Shown here piece by piece: positions 37,253 through 48,134 of a stretch of 64,000 nt of DNA (the first letter of the stretch is position 1; the number at the start of each line of letters is the position of its first letter). A program made the position numbers and the translations under genes. The stretch lies in assembly GCA_947306305.1 (NCBI GenBank), contig CAMZGI010000001.1:1973-65972 (forward strand), read 5' to 3'. The DNA is from an uncultured Fibrobacter sp. (GTDB taxonomy: Bacteria; Fibrobacterota; Fibrobacteria; Fibrobacterales; Fibrobacteraceae). The notes beneath the pieces were generated by a model. That model searched no databases. It saw only the letters and a list, made by a program, of their open reading frames with translations, and had not been told where the DNA came from.

Positions 37253-39058
37253 TCAAAAGGGTAAATCTTCAATGCTTAAACAAATTTGCGTGCAGGCGAT
37301 ACGGTCGGATTCCGTCCTCTGGCCGCTTTGCGTGCATCTGCCGGTTTCGCTGTAATAAAGGCAGTCGGAACAGGTGTAGGGTTTCGGCTCCTCCGGTTCC
37401 TCATACGGTGCGAATTCCGTCACTTCGACCCGCTTGAACTGTTCGCCTCCCGTTTCGGTGACTTTGATGTGCAGAGGCGTGGGGAACGTGCGGGACGCGC
37501 TGACAACGGCTTCGGCGGAAACGGGCGGCTCGGAAGCGCAGCGTCGGCTCCACCATCGCTTGAAGAAGCGGTAGGCTTTCGGGTTTTCGGGGGAGACCCA
37601 TTCCGATATGTATTGGAAGTTACTGTACCAGTAGTCGACCCGGACGGTGTTGAAACCGCTTTTGCTTTCCGTGACGCGGTATTTCACGTCCTGAACGTCA
37701 TACTCGGTGATCCGCTCCTCGCCTGAAAGGAGAATACCGTCCCCCGCCTCGCGTGAAATTCTGAAAGCGTTGGGGTGTTTCCGCTCCTGCTCTCTCGGAG
37801 GGAATACGAAACCGCACTCCGGGCATTTTGCGTAACCTAACAGGATAATTTCGTGACATTGGGGACATTCCTTCTGCCGCCGAATTTCCCGCTGTTTGCC
37901 CTTTTTGAATTTCGAGACCGTGATGTTGTCAATCGGCCCGTGGCGCATCACGTTTTCGCCGTAGTCGAGAATGAGGCAGTCCTTCTTTCCTTCGGCGATA
38001 CGCAAACCGCGCCCGATCATCTGAAGATAGAGAACCGGGGAGGCGGTCGGACGGAGAAGAACGACACAATCAATTCCCGGCGCGTCGAATCCCGTTGTGA
38101 GGACGTTCACGTTCGAGAGGAATTTGAGAGGATAGGTTTTTTCTCCCGTCAAGTCGGTCACTCCCCGGAACTCGGCGTTGATGCTGTCCCGCCTAGAGAC
38201 GGGGGTATCGCCGGTTACGACTTCGCACCGCTGACCGGAAAGGCGTTTGATTTCAGCCGATACCATATTCGCGTGCTTGACGCAGGACGTGAAGATTAAA
38301 ACTGATTTCCGATCTTGCGTCCGTTCGAGAATGTCGGTGCAGGAAGCCGTGATCGTTTCGGCGGTGATTAAATCCTCGACTTCGGAGGCGACGAATTCAC
38401 CGGCTCTGATGTGCAGTCCGGACGTGTCGATCTTGACTTTTGACCCCTTCATTTTCAGCGGAGAGAGATACCCCTCGTCAATCAGCTTTCGGACGGGTAT
38501 ATCGCAGGCGACGCCTGTGAGGAGCTTGTCCTCACCGACAATCGGGCCTGACCCCGTGCGGAACGGCGTGGCGGTGAACCCGATCAGCCGGACTTTCGGA
38601 TTGATTTTCTGCGCTTCGGAAAGGAACGTGCGGTACATTCCCTCCCCCTCGTCGGGGATAAGGTGCGCCTCGTCTACAAGAATGAGGTCGAATTTGCCAG
38701 CCTCTTCGGCGCGGCGGTAGACCGACTGAATCCCGGCAATCACAACGTCGGAGTTAAAGTCCTTCTCGCCGATACCCGCCGAATAGAACGTGAACCGGAC
38801 GTGAGGGAGATAGCTTTTCAGTTTTTCCCCCTCCTGTTCGAGAAGCTCTTTGACGTGAGCGAGAACCAGGACGCGGCCCTTCCATTGTTCGACGCAAAGG
38901 CGGATGACTTCGGAGATAAGGATAGCTTTCCCGCTGCCCGTGGGCGCGACGACGCACGGATTGCCGCTGTTCTCTTTCAGCCACTTGTAAAGGCTGTTAA
39001 TCGCGTCCTGCTGGTAGTTCCGTAGCTTCAACATCCGTGTAGTTTCCGTTGGTTGCAA
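37253..39058 (-). CDS. SF2 helicase (RadD/YejH-like) with zinc finger
   Basis: LRNYQ, PTGSGK, DEAH, TATP, TGFD, QMIGRGLR, CPQC/CPEC. Confidence 0.93.
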   Translation of the reverse strand: MQPTETTRMLKLRNYQQDAINSLYKWLKENSGNPCVVAPTGSGKAILISEVIRLCVEQWKGRVLVLAHVKELLEQEGEKLKSYLPHVRFTFYSAGIGEKDFNSDVVIAGIQSVYRRAEEAGKFDLILVDEAHLIPDEGEGMYRTFLSEAQKINPKVRLIGFTATPFRTGSGPIVGEDKLLTGVACDIPVRKLIDEGYLSPLKMKGSKVKIDTSGLHIRAGEFVASEVEDLITAETITASCTDILERTQDRKSVLIFTSCVKHANMVSAEIKRLSGQRCEVVTGDTPVSRRDSINAEFRGVTDLTGEKTYPLKFLSNVNVLTTGFDAPGIDCVVLLRPTASPVLYLQMIGRGLRIAEGKKDCLILDYGENVMRHGPIDNITVSKFKKGKQREIRRQKECPQCHEIILLGYAKCPECGFVFPPREQERKHPNAFRISREAGDGILLSGEERITEYDVQDVKYRVTESKSGFNTVRVDYWYSNFQYISEWVSPENPKAYRFFKRWWSRRCASEPPVSAEAVVSASRTFPTPLHIKVTETGGEQFKRVEVTEFAPYEEPEEPKPYTCSDCLYYSETGRCTQSGQRTESDRIACTQICLSIEDLPF

Positions 39059-39142
39059 TCATTTTCATACCGAACACAATGAACAGGATCGTCCAGAACG
39101 TGAGGACGATAACCATAATCGTGATCTGCCGGTCATCCGCTG

Positions 39143-42100
39143 TCATTGGGCTGTTTCCCTCTGCTGACCGGCGAGGCGGCGGATAAAGTTCCGCAGTTCA
39201 AGTCCGTCCTCAAACCCCATAACGTGATACTCCTTTGCGAGACTGGTTGTTCGCATCGCGCTTTCGAGAATCATACAGTCGACGACGTGTTCGATTTTGT
39301 CGGCAAGTTCGTTGAAGGTGTCCGCGCCGAGGATGACAGGAGAGGTTACTCTTTTTTGCTTCTGCATTGTTCCTCCTGCAATTTCATAATCGCGTGCTTA
39401 ACTTCATCCTGCAATTCGTAAAAGGCGGAGAGATTGGTATAGGTCAGCTTCTTCATCCACCAGGCGCACCACAAGACTCCGATAATGGCGGCGATGGAGA
39501 GAGCGACTGCAATCTCTGCTCCTGTTGTGTTGGTTGATAGTGTTTCGATCATAGGTCTAGTCCTTTCTAGTTGTTAGAAATGATGTATTCCCTTGTTTAC
39601 TCCAATTCTTCGCAAGCTTTGTTGTTTTCGTCAACTAGCTCGCTCTTTTTGAGACAGTATCCGATTCCGTCGTTGTAGAGACACCTAAAGAACCTGCAAG
39701 ACTTACATAAACGGTCTAATGTGCAAGTAGTTTTTTCGGTCTTATCTTCCTCTCCTTCTTCCCGCGTCATATCATTCACGACGGTTTCAACACAGTTAAG
39801 CGTTCCGTCCTCTTTGTTGGTGTGAATTTTCAAACTGTATTCAGGCGGGACGCCATACGCTGTTCTGCAGATACGAATAACTTCATCTACAACATTCATT
39901 ATCAGAATCTTGCCCCAACATCTGATTGACACAAGTTCGATGATGTAGTTCGACAATTCCGTGAGAACATCCTGCCGCTGTTTTTCAAGCTCATTGATCC
40001 GTGTCTGCTGACTGATGATCTGTTCAGCCTGTATAGTTTCCAGTGTCGGGGTCAATTCGGGCTTTACTTCTTCGTTCATTGTTCCTGTTCCTTATTACAC
40101 TTGAAATATTCTTTCAAACATTCCTGGGCAGGAACGCTTGCAACTATTTGGACTGGCAACGTGATCGCCGGAATCCGCTCGATTTTCCAGGTATCTTTCA
40201 GGCCGAACTTCGTCAGGTCAACGTCTGGTATCTGGTAGTCGGTATCGAAAAATCTGATATGGTAGTCGAATTTGCGCCGCAACTGTTCAAACCGAAACGA
40301 ATGACTGTCGGTGATGAATGATAACCGATCGCTCGGATTAAGGTTTTCATCGTCGGTCATTAGTCTTGCTCCTTATCTTTAATGTCTTGCATTATCTTCG
40401 CAATATACTGGTTCTGAATGTTGATCTGGTTTGCCATATCCAGAAAGACTGGTATGTTTTCGGGGAACATTGAACGTCCAACGTCACCCGCACGAAGCAT
40501 AGTGATGGAAAGCTTGTATGTTGCGGTAGCCAGGTCGATCAAATCGTTAAGGTGCAAGGCGAGAACCGCGCAGAATTTTTTGATTTCGTCGTCTGTCATT
40601 CCTGTTCCTCGTCAAATCGCTTCTTAAATTCTTCCGCCGCTTTCTTCTTTTGCTCGTTTACTTCTTCCTGAATTTTATTGTAAAGTTCGCGGGTATAATC
40701 TCCGATCTGCCCTAACAGAAGATTGGTGGTGTGACTTAGTTCGTTTGACTTCGCGACCATCCAGGACGGATCAATAACACCCGCCCTGGTTTGTACGCAA
40801 TCGCAATCAAAGAAAGCCTTGTCGCGTATCTCGTCGAATTTCGCTTTGATTAGGATTCTGTATTCTTCGTAGGTCATTCTTCTGCTCCCTTAAACGTCGT
40901 CTTGCTCTCCGTTGACTTCTTGAATTGAACCGTATTTGAGTCCTTGTCAACGGTGATCTCATATTTCGTTTCAGATTTATTTACGGGATTAAGTTTAAGC
41001 GCGACCGCGCCGCGCCACATTAGGAGAGCGAGAAAAAATAGCAATCCGACAAACCCAACAATCCCGCCGAGCATCCCGGCAACGCATTTACAATCTTCTA
41101 AAATATTCTCTATCATTCCTGTTGCCCTCACATATTGATAGGTTCGATTTCCTGCTGCGTTACGATTGAATACAACCGGAGCCAGGATCGGACGCGCCCG
41201 TGGAAGTTTTGGATGTCGTCCAGGAGCTTGTCGGACTCATCGTTGCGGAGCGAATTTTCGAGCTTTTCTTTCATCGCGGCAACGTCTTTGTGCAAGTGAC
41301 TGACAATGGCGTCGGTGTTCCAGTCAAGAGGGTCAAGCGGTGCAAAATCCGGTATGATTTTAGGTCTTTCGATTACCATTATTCCATCCTTTCTTTGTTC
41401 TTTTCGATATACTCGCGCAGGTTTGCGACGTGATAGCTTATGTCGATCAGCCGGTGATAGATTTCCGGGTGTTTGACGGTGATACTGTACTCGTCCGGGT
41501 GAAGGGACGTTATCTTGCAGAGTCCGACCGTGATTTCGCGCAGGCCGTTTCCGATCTGATCGAGCTTGACAAGTGCTTCATCGGGCGTCATCCGGGTACG
41601 CCTCCTTGTCGAGCAGCGTGATCGAGATTGCGCGGATTTCGTCCAGGCATTTCAGGCCCGTATCGCACGAATACGGCATTGCCTGTCTTGATAGCTTCGC
41701 TATCCGCTTCAAAGCGTTCAAAACTTCCTCGGCGGTCAGGATGTTAAAACCGTGTTCGTCAGGCATTATTCTTTCTCCTCCTCCCTTTCTGCTTTCGATT
41801 GAAGCTCCCACTCTACGTTAAGAAAACCTCGAAGCCTTTTAAGTTCTGTCTCGATAATGTTTGTGTATTGTTTTAGTAAAGCAATATCGCTAGTTCGCCA
41901 GGATGTTCCTGTTCTGTCGCTATCGAGCCGATGGGCTATTTGGAGTCCAAAATTTGAAAGTGCATAAGACACGCTGAAACACGACTTCATAGCGTCTATT
42001 GTTGCGAGATATTGGATGTCGTTCATTGGTCTTTCTCTTGCTCCTTTTTAATCTCACATAACGCTTCGCCGACGTTGCCCATCGCACGAGCGATTGGGCC

Positions 42101-42747
42101 GTAGGCGATATTGTCATACCCTTCGATCTTTGCCAATTCGTGCTGCATCAGGTCTAGCGACTCGGAAATATCTTTGAGAACCTTGTCCGCTTTCAGGATC
42201 GTCTTCTTGTTTTCGTCGGTCATTTCCTTCTCCGCAGGATTGTATTCTAAGACTTGCTTGCATTCGGGGGCGCATACAGACCTAATATGCTTAATTCCGC
42301 GCATCACGTCCTCTTGCAGCGTGTTGAACAGGGCAACATTTCCGCAGTTATCAAGCAAGTCGGCGGCGCGTTTCGCGTGAATTTCCGCGACTCGCATTTC
42401 AAAATCAACGGCTTTTTGCACGTCTCTTGTGAAGTTACAGGTGATGTCGCCGTATGGTGTTCCGGTCATTGATCTTGCTCCGCTTTCTTTTTGAGTTCCA
42501 AAAATCTAATCCATTCTTTACGCAACTTTTCAACCTGTTTTTCAATGTCGCGTATCTTGCCGCCGATTGTTCGTGCCGCTATATTGCGTTTTTCCCGGTC
42601 GATAAAATAGTCATTAAGCTTTGGGCAAAGCTCTTCCATCGCCCCGCAACGGCTACGGAACCAGGAGAATAGGTATTCGACTTCCATTCTCGATTCATCG
42701 AGGGCGCGTTCCGCATCGGTCATTGGACGATACCACTCGCGTCTCAT
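39143..42747 (-). other. Run of ~12 tightly coupled small hypothetical genes
   Basis: ORFs 39143-39367, 39346-39552, 39597-40079, 40076-40360, 40360-40599, 40596-40877, 40874-41131, 41128-41379, 41379-41591, 41766-42026, 42023-42469, 42466-42747; many overlap at ATGA/TAATG. Confidence 0.65.
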
Positions 42748-42883
42748 TCGCTCTGCTCCTCACTTTCCGATATGCCGATCAAAACAGGCCACGCCCCATA
42801 TCGTCAGCGCAAACCCGGTCAATATGCCGATGAAAAACCCGCATAGAACGGCTAAAACAACTGTCATTGTCTGCTCCTTATCC

Positions 42884-43450
42884 CTATCTCACCCTCAACG
42901 TCCAATACATCCCCGAAAACCCGACTCCGATAATCCTGCCGCCTCCGAGAAGGATAGCACGGTGTCCGCTACTGTTTAACCACATATTGACGACCGCTTC
43001 GGGGCTTCTAACCCCCATAGCGATACATTCCCTGCCGCCGATTCCGTAGGCGTGCTGAAAGCCGTTGCTCTGCATCCAGAGGGAATGATTATCACAGCCC
43101 AAACAGAGGGTCGAGTCCGCTTCCAGGGCCGGGAGACCGAGGGCTTTGCGGTGCGCGTTCACGAGTTCGATCACCCGCAAACAAAACGGCTTGATTTCAA
43201 TGGGCGCGATCTGCGGCGTTTCGTCTGCCGGTTCAGCCGGAGTAGCCGGTTCCTCCGCCGTTTGGGCTGTTTCCAGGGAGGGATTAGCCTCCTGTTTCGC
43301 CGGAGCTTGATTGCGCTGACATTGGCCGTTGGCGCATTGTGAGGTGTAGTTGTAGCCGAACCAGGGCCAGTAGTAGTACTGGGCATAGGCGGTTTCGGAG
43401 ATAATGCTAGTCAGCGCAAGTGCGAGAATGAACATCAATGTTCGTTTCAT
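42884..43450 (-). CDS. Secreted CAP/SCP-domain protein
   Basis: Signal peptide; VNAHR..GLPAL, HS..M, ECIA, WLNSSGHRAIL, IGVG. Confidence 0.88.
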   Translation of the reverse strand: MKRTLMFILALALTSIISETAYAQYYYWPWFGYNYTSQCANGQCQRNQAPAKQEANPSLETAQTAEEPATPAEPADETPQIAPIEIKPFCLRVIELVNAHRKALGLPALEADSTLCLGCDNHSLWMQSNGFQHAYGIGGRECIAMGVRSPEAVVNMWLNSSGHRAILLGGGRIIGVGFSGMYWTLRVR

Positions 43451-43466
43451 TGTGGATTCCTTTCGT

Positions 43467-43760
43467 TTAGTTGTTGTGTAAATTCGGCATCAGGCGGTTA
43501 TACTTCACGTTGTCAAACCGCTCAAAATAAAGGTCAAATTTTTCAAAGGACAAACCTTGCGACTTAACATAACGGTGGACTGTTTCGATGTGATTGTTGA
43601 AAGATTGCTCATTCCAACATAGAATGTTGATAATGCGGTCAGAATAATCGCCCGTGAGGATTTTGTAGTCGATCTGCCAATATGCTTTACCCAACTTTGC
43701 GATCAGCTTTCCCGCCCGTTCTATTTGAACGGTGTATTTTCCTGCCGGTATCTGCTGCAT
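43467..43760 (-). CDS. DUF669-like paralogue
   Basis: IPAGKYTVQI...GDYSDRI resembles IPTGDYVVTL...GQYKNRKL of 46946-47386. Confidence 0.5.
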   Translation of the reverse strand: MQQIPAGKYTVQIERAGKLIAKLGKAYWQIDYKILTGDYSDRIINILCWNEQSFNNHIETVHRYVKSQGLSFEKFDLYFERFDNVKYNRLMPNLHNN

Positions 43761-43846
43761 CTTTGCCCTCTTCTCTTATCTTTTTCAGTATCTTCTCAAC
43801 CTCTTCATCCGAAAGCTCCGGGAAGCTTGACCGGATCAGGTATTCC

Positions 43847-44050
43847 TCAAAACTCATTTCCCTCATTCTTCCCCCATCCTCCGCCGCTCTGCACTTCCGG
43901 GAACGCTGTCGTAAGCTTGTTATGGAGACTGTTCAAATAGTCTCGTTCCGTGCTGCGGTCTGACTTCTGAATCAGGTAGCTGATGATCGCCAGGACGATT
44001 TGGATTACCAGCAGCCAGGGGAAACCTACGGTCTCTTTTGCTTCGTTCAT
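43847..44050 (-). CDS. Small membrane protein
   Basis: TM FPWLLVIQIVLAIISYL; AAGGAG RBS. Confidence 0.5.
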   Translation of the reverse strand: MNEAKETVGFPWLLVIQIVLAIISYLIQKSDRSTERDYLNSLHNKLTTAFPEVQSGGGWGKNEGNEF

Positions 44051-44254
44051 TGTTTAGGCTCCTTGTTGAAACTGTGGATTGCTTTAAGCAATTTTTTCAG
44101 GCGCGTTTGCGCCGGATTGCTTCTGTCTTTCGCGTAAATGATCGCGTCGATGACCGGGCCTCTCCGCTCTGCCGGATAGTGCGTGTCGAACGCCAGGTTT
44201 CCGGCTGACCGGATGTAGGATTTGATGTATTCCTCGGACAGATAAAACGTCATA

Positions 44255-44476
44255 CTAAAACCCGATGATTTTTTCTTCCGTGCTTGCCGGAATTTCAACC
44301 GCGATCTTTTCGGCGGCGGTCTGCGCTGAATTGGCGTATCGCCATATCTCGTTGAAGTTTTCGCCGTGTTCCGCGTCGGGATTGGCGCGGATGAAGGCGA
44401 TGTTGCGGATAATCCCCTCGGATGCGTTCCGCAGCAGGAGGGCGTATGCTTCGATTTCTTTCAGGTTAGGTTTCAT
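44255..44476 (-). CDS. Hypothetical protein
   Basis: GGGAG RBS. Confidence 0.45.
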   Translation of the reverse strand: MKPNLKEIEAYALLLRNASEGIIRNIAFIRANPDAEHGENFNEIWRYANSAQTAAEKIAVEIPASTEEKIIGF

Positions 44477-44489
44477 TTTTCGAGTCTCC

Positions 44490-45926
44490 CTACTTTGTGT
44501 TGATCCGTTCGTAAAGAATCAGGAAGGCTGCGGCGGCGCAAGCGGGGACTTGACCGTTTCCAAGTGCTTTAATGCGGTCCACCCTATCGGCCACCCCATC
44601 AGCCACTCGACCCAATCCGGGTTCAGCTTCCCACCAGGCCACCCCCGGCGCATCGCTGTCCGTTCCTCGGCTGTTATCAGACCCCCATCCCTGAGCTTGT
44701 CCAGCTTCTGTCTCGACCCCGTGCATCCGCCCATCCCTGATTTCGTGACTGTCGGATAAATACATCTCTCGCTCTCCTGGAACTCCTTTGCGATTTTTCT
44801 GACTTCCTCTCTGCCGGGGTCTCCCGCGTTCGGGAATATTTCCGCGACGCTCCGCAAGTCCTGGGTGACTCTCCGCAGGCGCGATTTCACGTCCCCGTGC
44901 CTGTAATCCTGGGCTGTCGGAGTCGGGAATGTCACCGACCTCTCAATCAGCCTTTGTCTCTCCTCGTTCATCAATCCTCCTCTTAAACATCCTTTCGGCG
45001 CACCATCGGGAAGTATCTTCACAAAGTTCCGCAGGGTGAGGGTGCTTCTGGTTTTTGCGTCATCTATGTTGGGCGCGTGATGATCTTCCTTTGTCGGCGT
45101 CGGAAAGATTACTTTCCTTCCTGTTCCAAAACCGTTACCACCGTGTCGAGTTTCGGCGAGCGGCGGTTCTGATCGCTCGGCCCGACCGAATGGCAGTCCC
45201 GAACCGTCGGCGTCGGAAACATCACATTCCTCTCTCTCTCTCTCTCTCGGTGTAGGCGCGTTTCACGGCTTCGGAGGCGTAGTTATGATTTAGCGCGTCA
45301 ACATTGACTTCGGGATTGCCACCCATCGCTATCCGCTCCTCCTCGGTGATCTCACCCCGCTGAACCATCCGCAGCAGGGTCATCTCGGAGTGCGCCCCTC
45401 CCCGCATCCCGTTCGTTTTCGGCGTCAGAAAGACGGTCTTTGCAGAGGCACCACCATCGCTCTCTTCCGTGCCAAGCTCCAACATCGGCCGCCGATAGAC
45501 AGCACCATTCCGCATCGTACCCCATTTCGGCAATCTCGCAGAGAACGGCATCAAGTCCTCTGGAAATAATGAAAGGGCTGTTTTCAAGGAAGATGTAGCG
45601 GGGTCGTATGTTGCGACATATTCGCGTGAGTTCAAAGAATAAACCAGACCGCGCACCCGTGATGCCCCCCCGCGTCCAGCACTTGATATATCCTGGCAAG
45701 GAAACCCTCCGCAAACACAGTCCACTTTTTCCTTAATTTCGCTTCCATTAAAACTCCTCACGTCCTCGAAAATGGGAAACTTCGGCAGCCATCCCTCATC
45801 CTGTCTCATCTGAAGAACCTTGCGGCAGAACGGGTCGATCTCGACCGCGCCGACCGGCGTATGACCGAGAATCATATCCGCGATAATCCCGCCCCCGGCT
45901 CCGGCGAATAAATGTAACGTGTTCAT
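44490..45926 (-). CDS. DNA cytosine-C5 methyltransferase distributed over five overlapping ORFs (frameshifted or split)
   Basis: Motif I LFAGAGG and IV GFPCQ (45926-), ENSP/HGRERW (45714-45352), LNPDWVEWLMGWP (45022-44519), ALGNGQVP (44765-44490), plus micro-ORF 45222-45109. Confidence 0.8.
45231..45248. repeat. (TC)9 dinucleotide tract inside the methylase locus
   Basis: Direct read. Confidence 0.9.
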
Positions 45927-46056
45927 CTGTATGTGTTCGTTGTGTCAATCTCTCCGCGCCTGACGACGATCCGCCCCCAGGACGCGAACCAAACCAGAGG
46001 GGCTTTCCCGGCGTTGAACGGGAAGGAGGCAAGAAGAAGGTCGAGTCCGTAGTCCG

Positions 46057-46293
46057 TCATTCCTCCCCCTCCGGGTATCTCGCCGCGTTGGTTTCGAGTA
46101 TCTCTCGTTTTTTAAGTTCGGATTCCAGTTTCACAAGCGCGTCACGGGCCGTGAAGAACAGGACGGGGAGAAGATTGTCTCCGTTCCGTCTCCGGCAGAT
46201 GCCAAGCCCCCTTTTTTCGAGGGAGTCGATCATATCGTGAACGTGCCTCCGGCAAACATACAAGTCCCAGGCTGGGCGGTCATTCATTTTCAT
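46057..46293 (-). CDS. Hypothetical protein
   Basis: ORF with GAGG RBS. Confidence 0.5.
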   Translation of the reverse strand: MKMNDRPAWDLYVCRRHVHDMIDSLEKRGLGICRRRNGDNLLPVLFFTARDALVKLESELKKREILETNAARYPEGEE

Positions 46294-46444
46294 CCTCGCT
46301 TACCTTCAAAATCCTTTCGGCCCAGGCTTTTACCTCGTCAAAGTCGCTGACCGGCTTGCCGCCGTTCAATGCCGCCTGATAGAGATAGGAAAAATTGATC
46401 TCTTCAAAATCCATAGCGCATCCTTTCGCTTCAAAGTGTCCTAA

Positions 46445-46510
46445 AAGCGGTGCCGGAATCGAACCGGCTGGCAGGGGAGTTTTTGAAAACCTGCTGACAC
46501 CATCCCGCTT
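46445..46510 (-). other. tRNA-like remnant (T-arm + acceptor-like stem, no D-arm)
   Basis: GCCGG-TTCGATT-CCGGC T-arm; AAGCGG/CCGCTT closing stem. Confidence 0.45.
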
Positions 46511-46545
46511 CCCATTCAAAGGAGAATCAATACGACTCCGGCGAT

Positions 46546-46941
46546 TTAAGGGTCTAAACCGTTTCCCCGTTCCTGGCTACTAACGCCCCCTACGGAGGAA
46601 GGGGAATCGTCCTTGCCGGTGGAACCTATGATCTGCGCGAACCTCCGGGCGTCTTTGAGCCGTATAATGACAACCCATTCTTCGCGGCTTTTGCGGTGCA
46701 TAACACAGGGGATTTCATCTTCGCCCGCGTCGCGTATCGCCTGTTTCAAGGCTTTATAGAGGCTTAACGCCTCGACCCGCTTACATTCGATGTGCAGCCC
46801 TTCAAGGCTCGTCACTACGTCCGGGGAGTCGGGAGACCCGCTGTACTGCTGCCCTCGTCGGGCTTCGACGCCGAGAGTCTCGCGCAAAACCCGCGCAAGT
46901 TCGCGTTCTCCCGCGCTCCCCTTCTGTCTGCTGTTTGTCAT
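46546..46941 (-). CDS. Holliday junction resolvase-like nuclease
   Basis: NSRQKG..GERE, RRGQQYSG, PDV, IECKR. Confidence 0.8.
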   Translation of the reverse strand: MTNSRQKGSAGERELARVLRETLGVEARRGQQYSGSPDSPDVVTSLEGLHIECKRVEALSLYKALKQAIRDAGEDEIPCVMHRKSREEWVVIIRLKDARRFAQIIGSTGKDDSPSSVGGVSSQERGNGLDP

Positions 46942-46945
46942 ATCA

Positions 46946-47386
46946 TCACCAGGGGGCCGCGCTCGTGTCGACGGAAGGGGTCGAGAGGGACGGGACGGGC
47001 TTGTAGGACTTGATCGCGTTCCGCTCGTCGCCGTTGTAGGTCTCTTTCACGATGTGCGCGATAAACGCGCTCCCTTCGAGTTCGGCGGTGTCCCGAATCT
47101 GCGTCTTGCCGGTCGCAAGCACCATCTGGCTGATAAGCGACTTCGCATAGTTGACGCTCTTCGGCTTGCTCGTGTCGTAAATGTAGTACCGCTCCCAAAG
47201 CTTGCGGTTCTTATACTGCCCATCCGCTACGGTAAAGGCGAATTCAAGATACTCCGTCCCGCTTTTCGCGGTCTTTTTTTCGGTCTTGTCGAGGGTGACG
47301 ACATAATCGCCGGTCGGAATCGGCGCAAAGCCGGTTTGAGTTTCGGGTGCTTTCCAGTCGTTCGCGTTCAGGTTAAGCTCTGCCAT
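46946..47386 (-). CDS. DUF669 single-stranded DNA-binding-like protein
   Basis: IPTGDY, GQYKNRKLW, acidic/PW tail; follows AAA_24 gene. Confidence 0.8.
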   Translation of the reverse strand: MAELNLNANDWKAPETQTGFAPIPTGDYVVTLDKTEKKTAKSGTEYLEFAFTVADGQYKNRKLWERYYIYDTSKPKSVNYAKSLISQMVLATGKTQIRDTAELEGSAFIAHIVKETYNGDERNAIKSYKPVPSLSTPSVDTSAAPW

Positions 47387-47387
47387 T

Positions 47388-48134
47388 TCAGTTTCCTTTC
47401 AGTTCGCTCTGTTTTTTCGTCCAGCTATTTGCGATGCAATCTTCCAGGGATTTCCAGGACAGCGGGATCATCTCCGGCAGATCGTACCGCGATTTCGCGT
47501 AAAACGCTTCTGTTGATTTCGTCTTGAATACCAGTTCTCCCCCGGCTTTCTCCCCTTTGACGCTGCCGAAACGGCGCGTGATGAAGAGAACGGCGTCGCA
47601 CCATTCGCAGATAAGGTCTTTCGCTTTGATATGAATTTTTGGGCTGTATTGAAGGATAGGCTCCTCGTTTTCGGGCGTGCGGATGGGCGTGGTCTGCGTG
47701 TGGGAAATGAACACAACCGCCATACCCTTCTCGTGAAGTTCCTGGCAGGACGTTCGGACTTTCTCCCACCAGGAGAGGGCAAGCGCGTAACCCTTGCCGA
47801 ACCCCTTGCCGACCGAGTTGATGTCTTTGACGCCGTACTCCTTGCAGAGTTCGCCCCAAATAATCTTTTCCAACCAGTCAACCGTATCAATCACGACGGT
47901 CTTGTATTCGTGCTTTTCGGTTTTAAGGGCGGAAAGATTGTTCATCACTTCGGCAAACGTGCGTGCGACGGGGAAAGAGTCGCAGGGAATCTGACCGAGA
48001 CCGTCCTCCGTCGGAATGAAGATCGGGCTTCGGGACTGACTGGCGACGGTCGATTTCCCCTGACCGGCTCCGCCGTAAATGAATATGCGCGGGGGGCGCA
48101 TCTGCGTACCGTTCTTAACGATGTTCAAGCTCAT
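47388..48134 (-). CDS. AAA_24 ATPase (Sak4-like recombinase)
   Basis: YGGAGQGKST, TEDG, VIDTVDWLE, EWCD, AKSRY. Confidence 0.88.
   Translation of the reverse strand: MSLNIVKNGTQMRPPRIFIYGGAGQGKSTVASQSRSPIFIPTEDGLGQIPCDSFPVARTFAEVMNNLSALKTEKHEYKTVVIDTVDWLEKIIWGELCKEYGVKDINSVGKGFGKGYALALSWWEKVRTSCQELHEKGMAVVFISHTQTTPIRTPENEEPILQYSPKIHIKAKDLICEWCDAVLFITRRFGSVKGEKAGGELVFKTKSTEAFYAKSRYDLPEMIPLSWKSLEDCIANSWTKKQSELKGN

Noticed and set aside
45998-46027. Second tRNA-like T-arm
   Set aside because: Only a short hairpin with a poor T-loop match
44490-46510. UGA readthrough of the methylase by a TCA-anticodon tRNA
   Set aside because: The interrupted frame also contains a TAA, the tRNA-like element has no proper anticodon or D-arm, and many normal genes end in TGA
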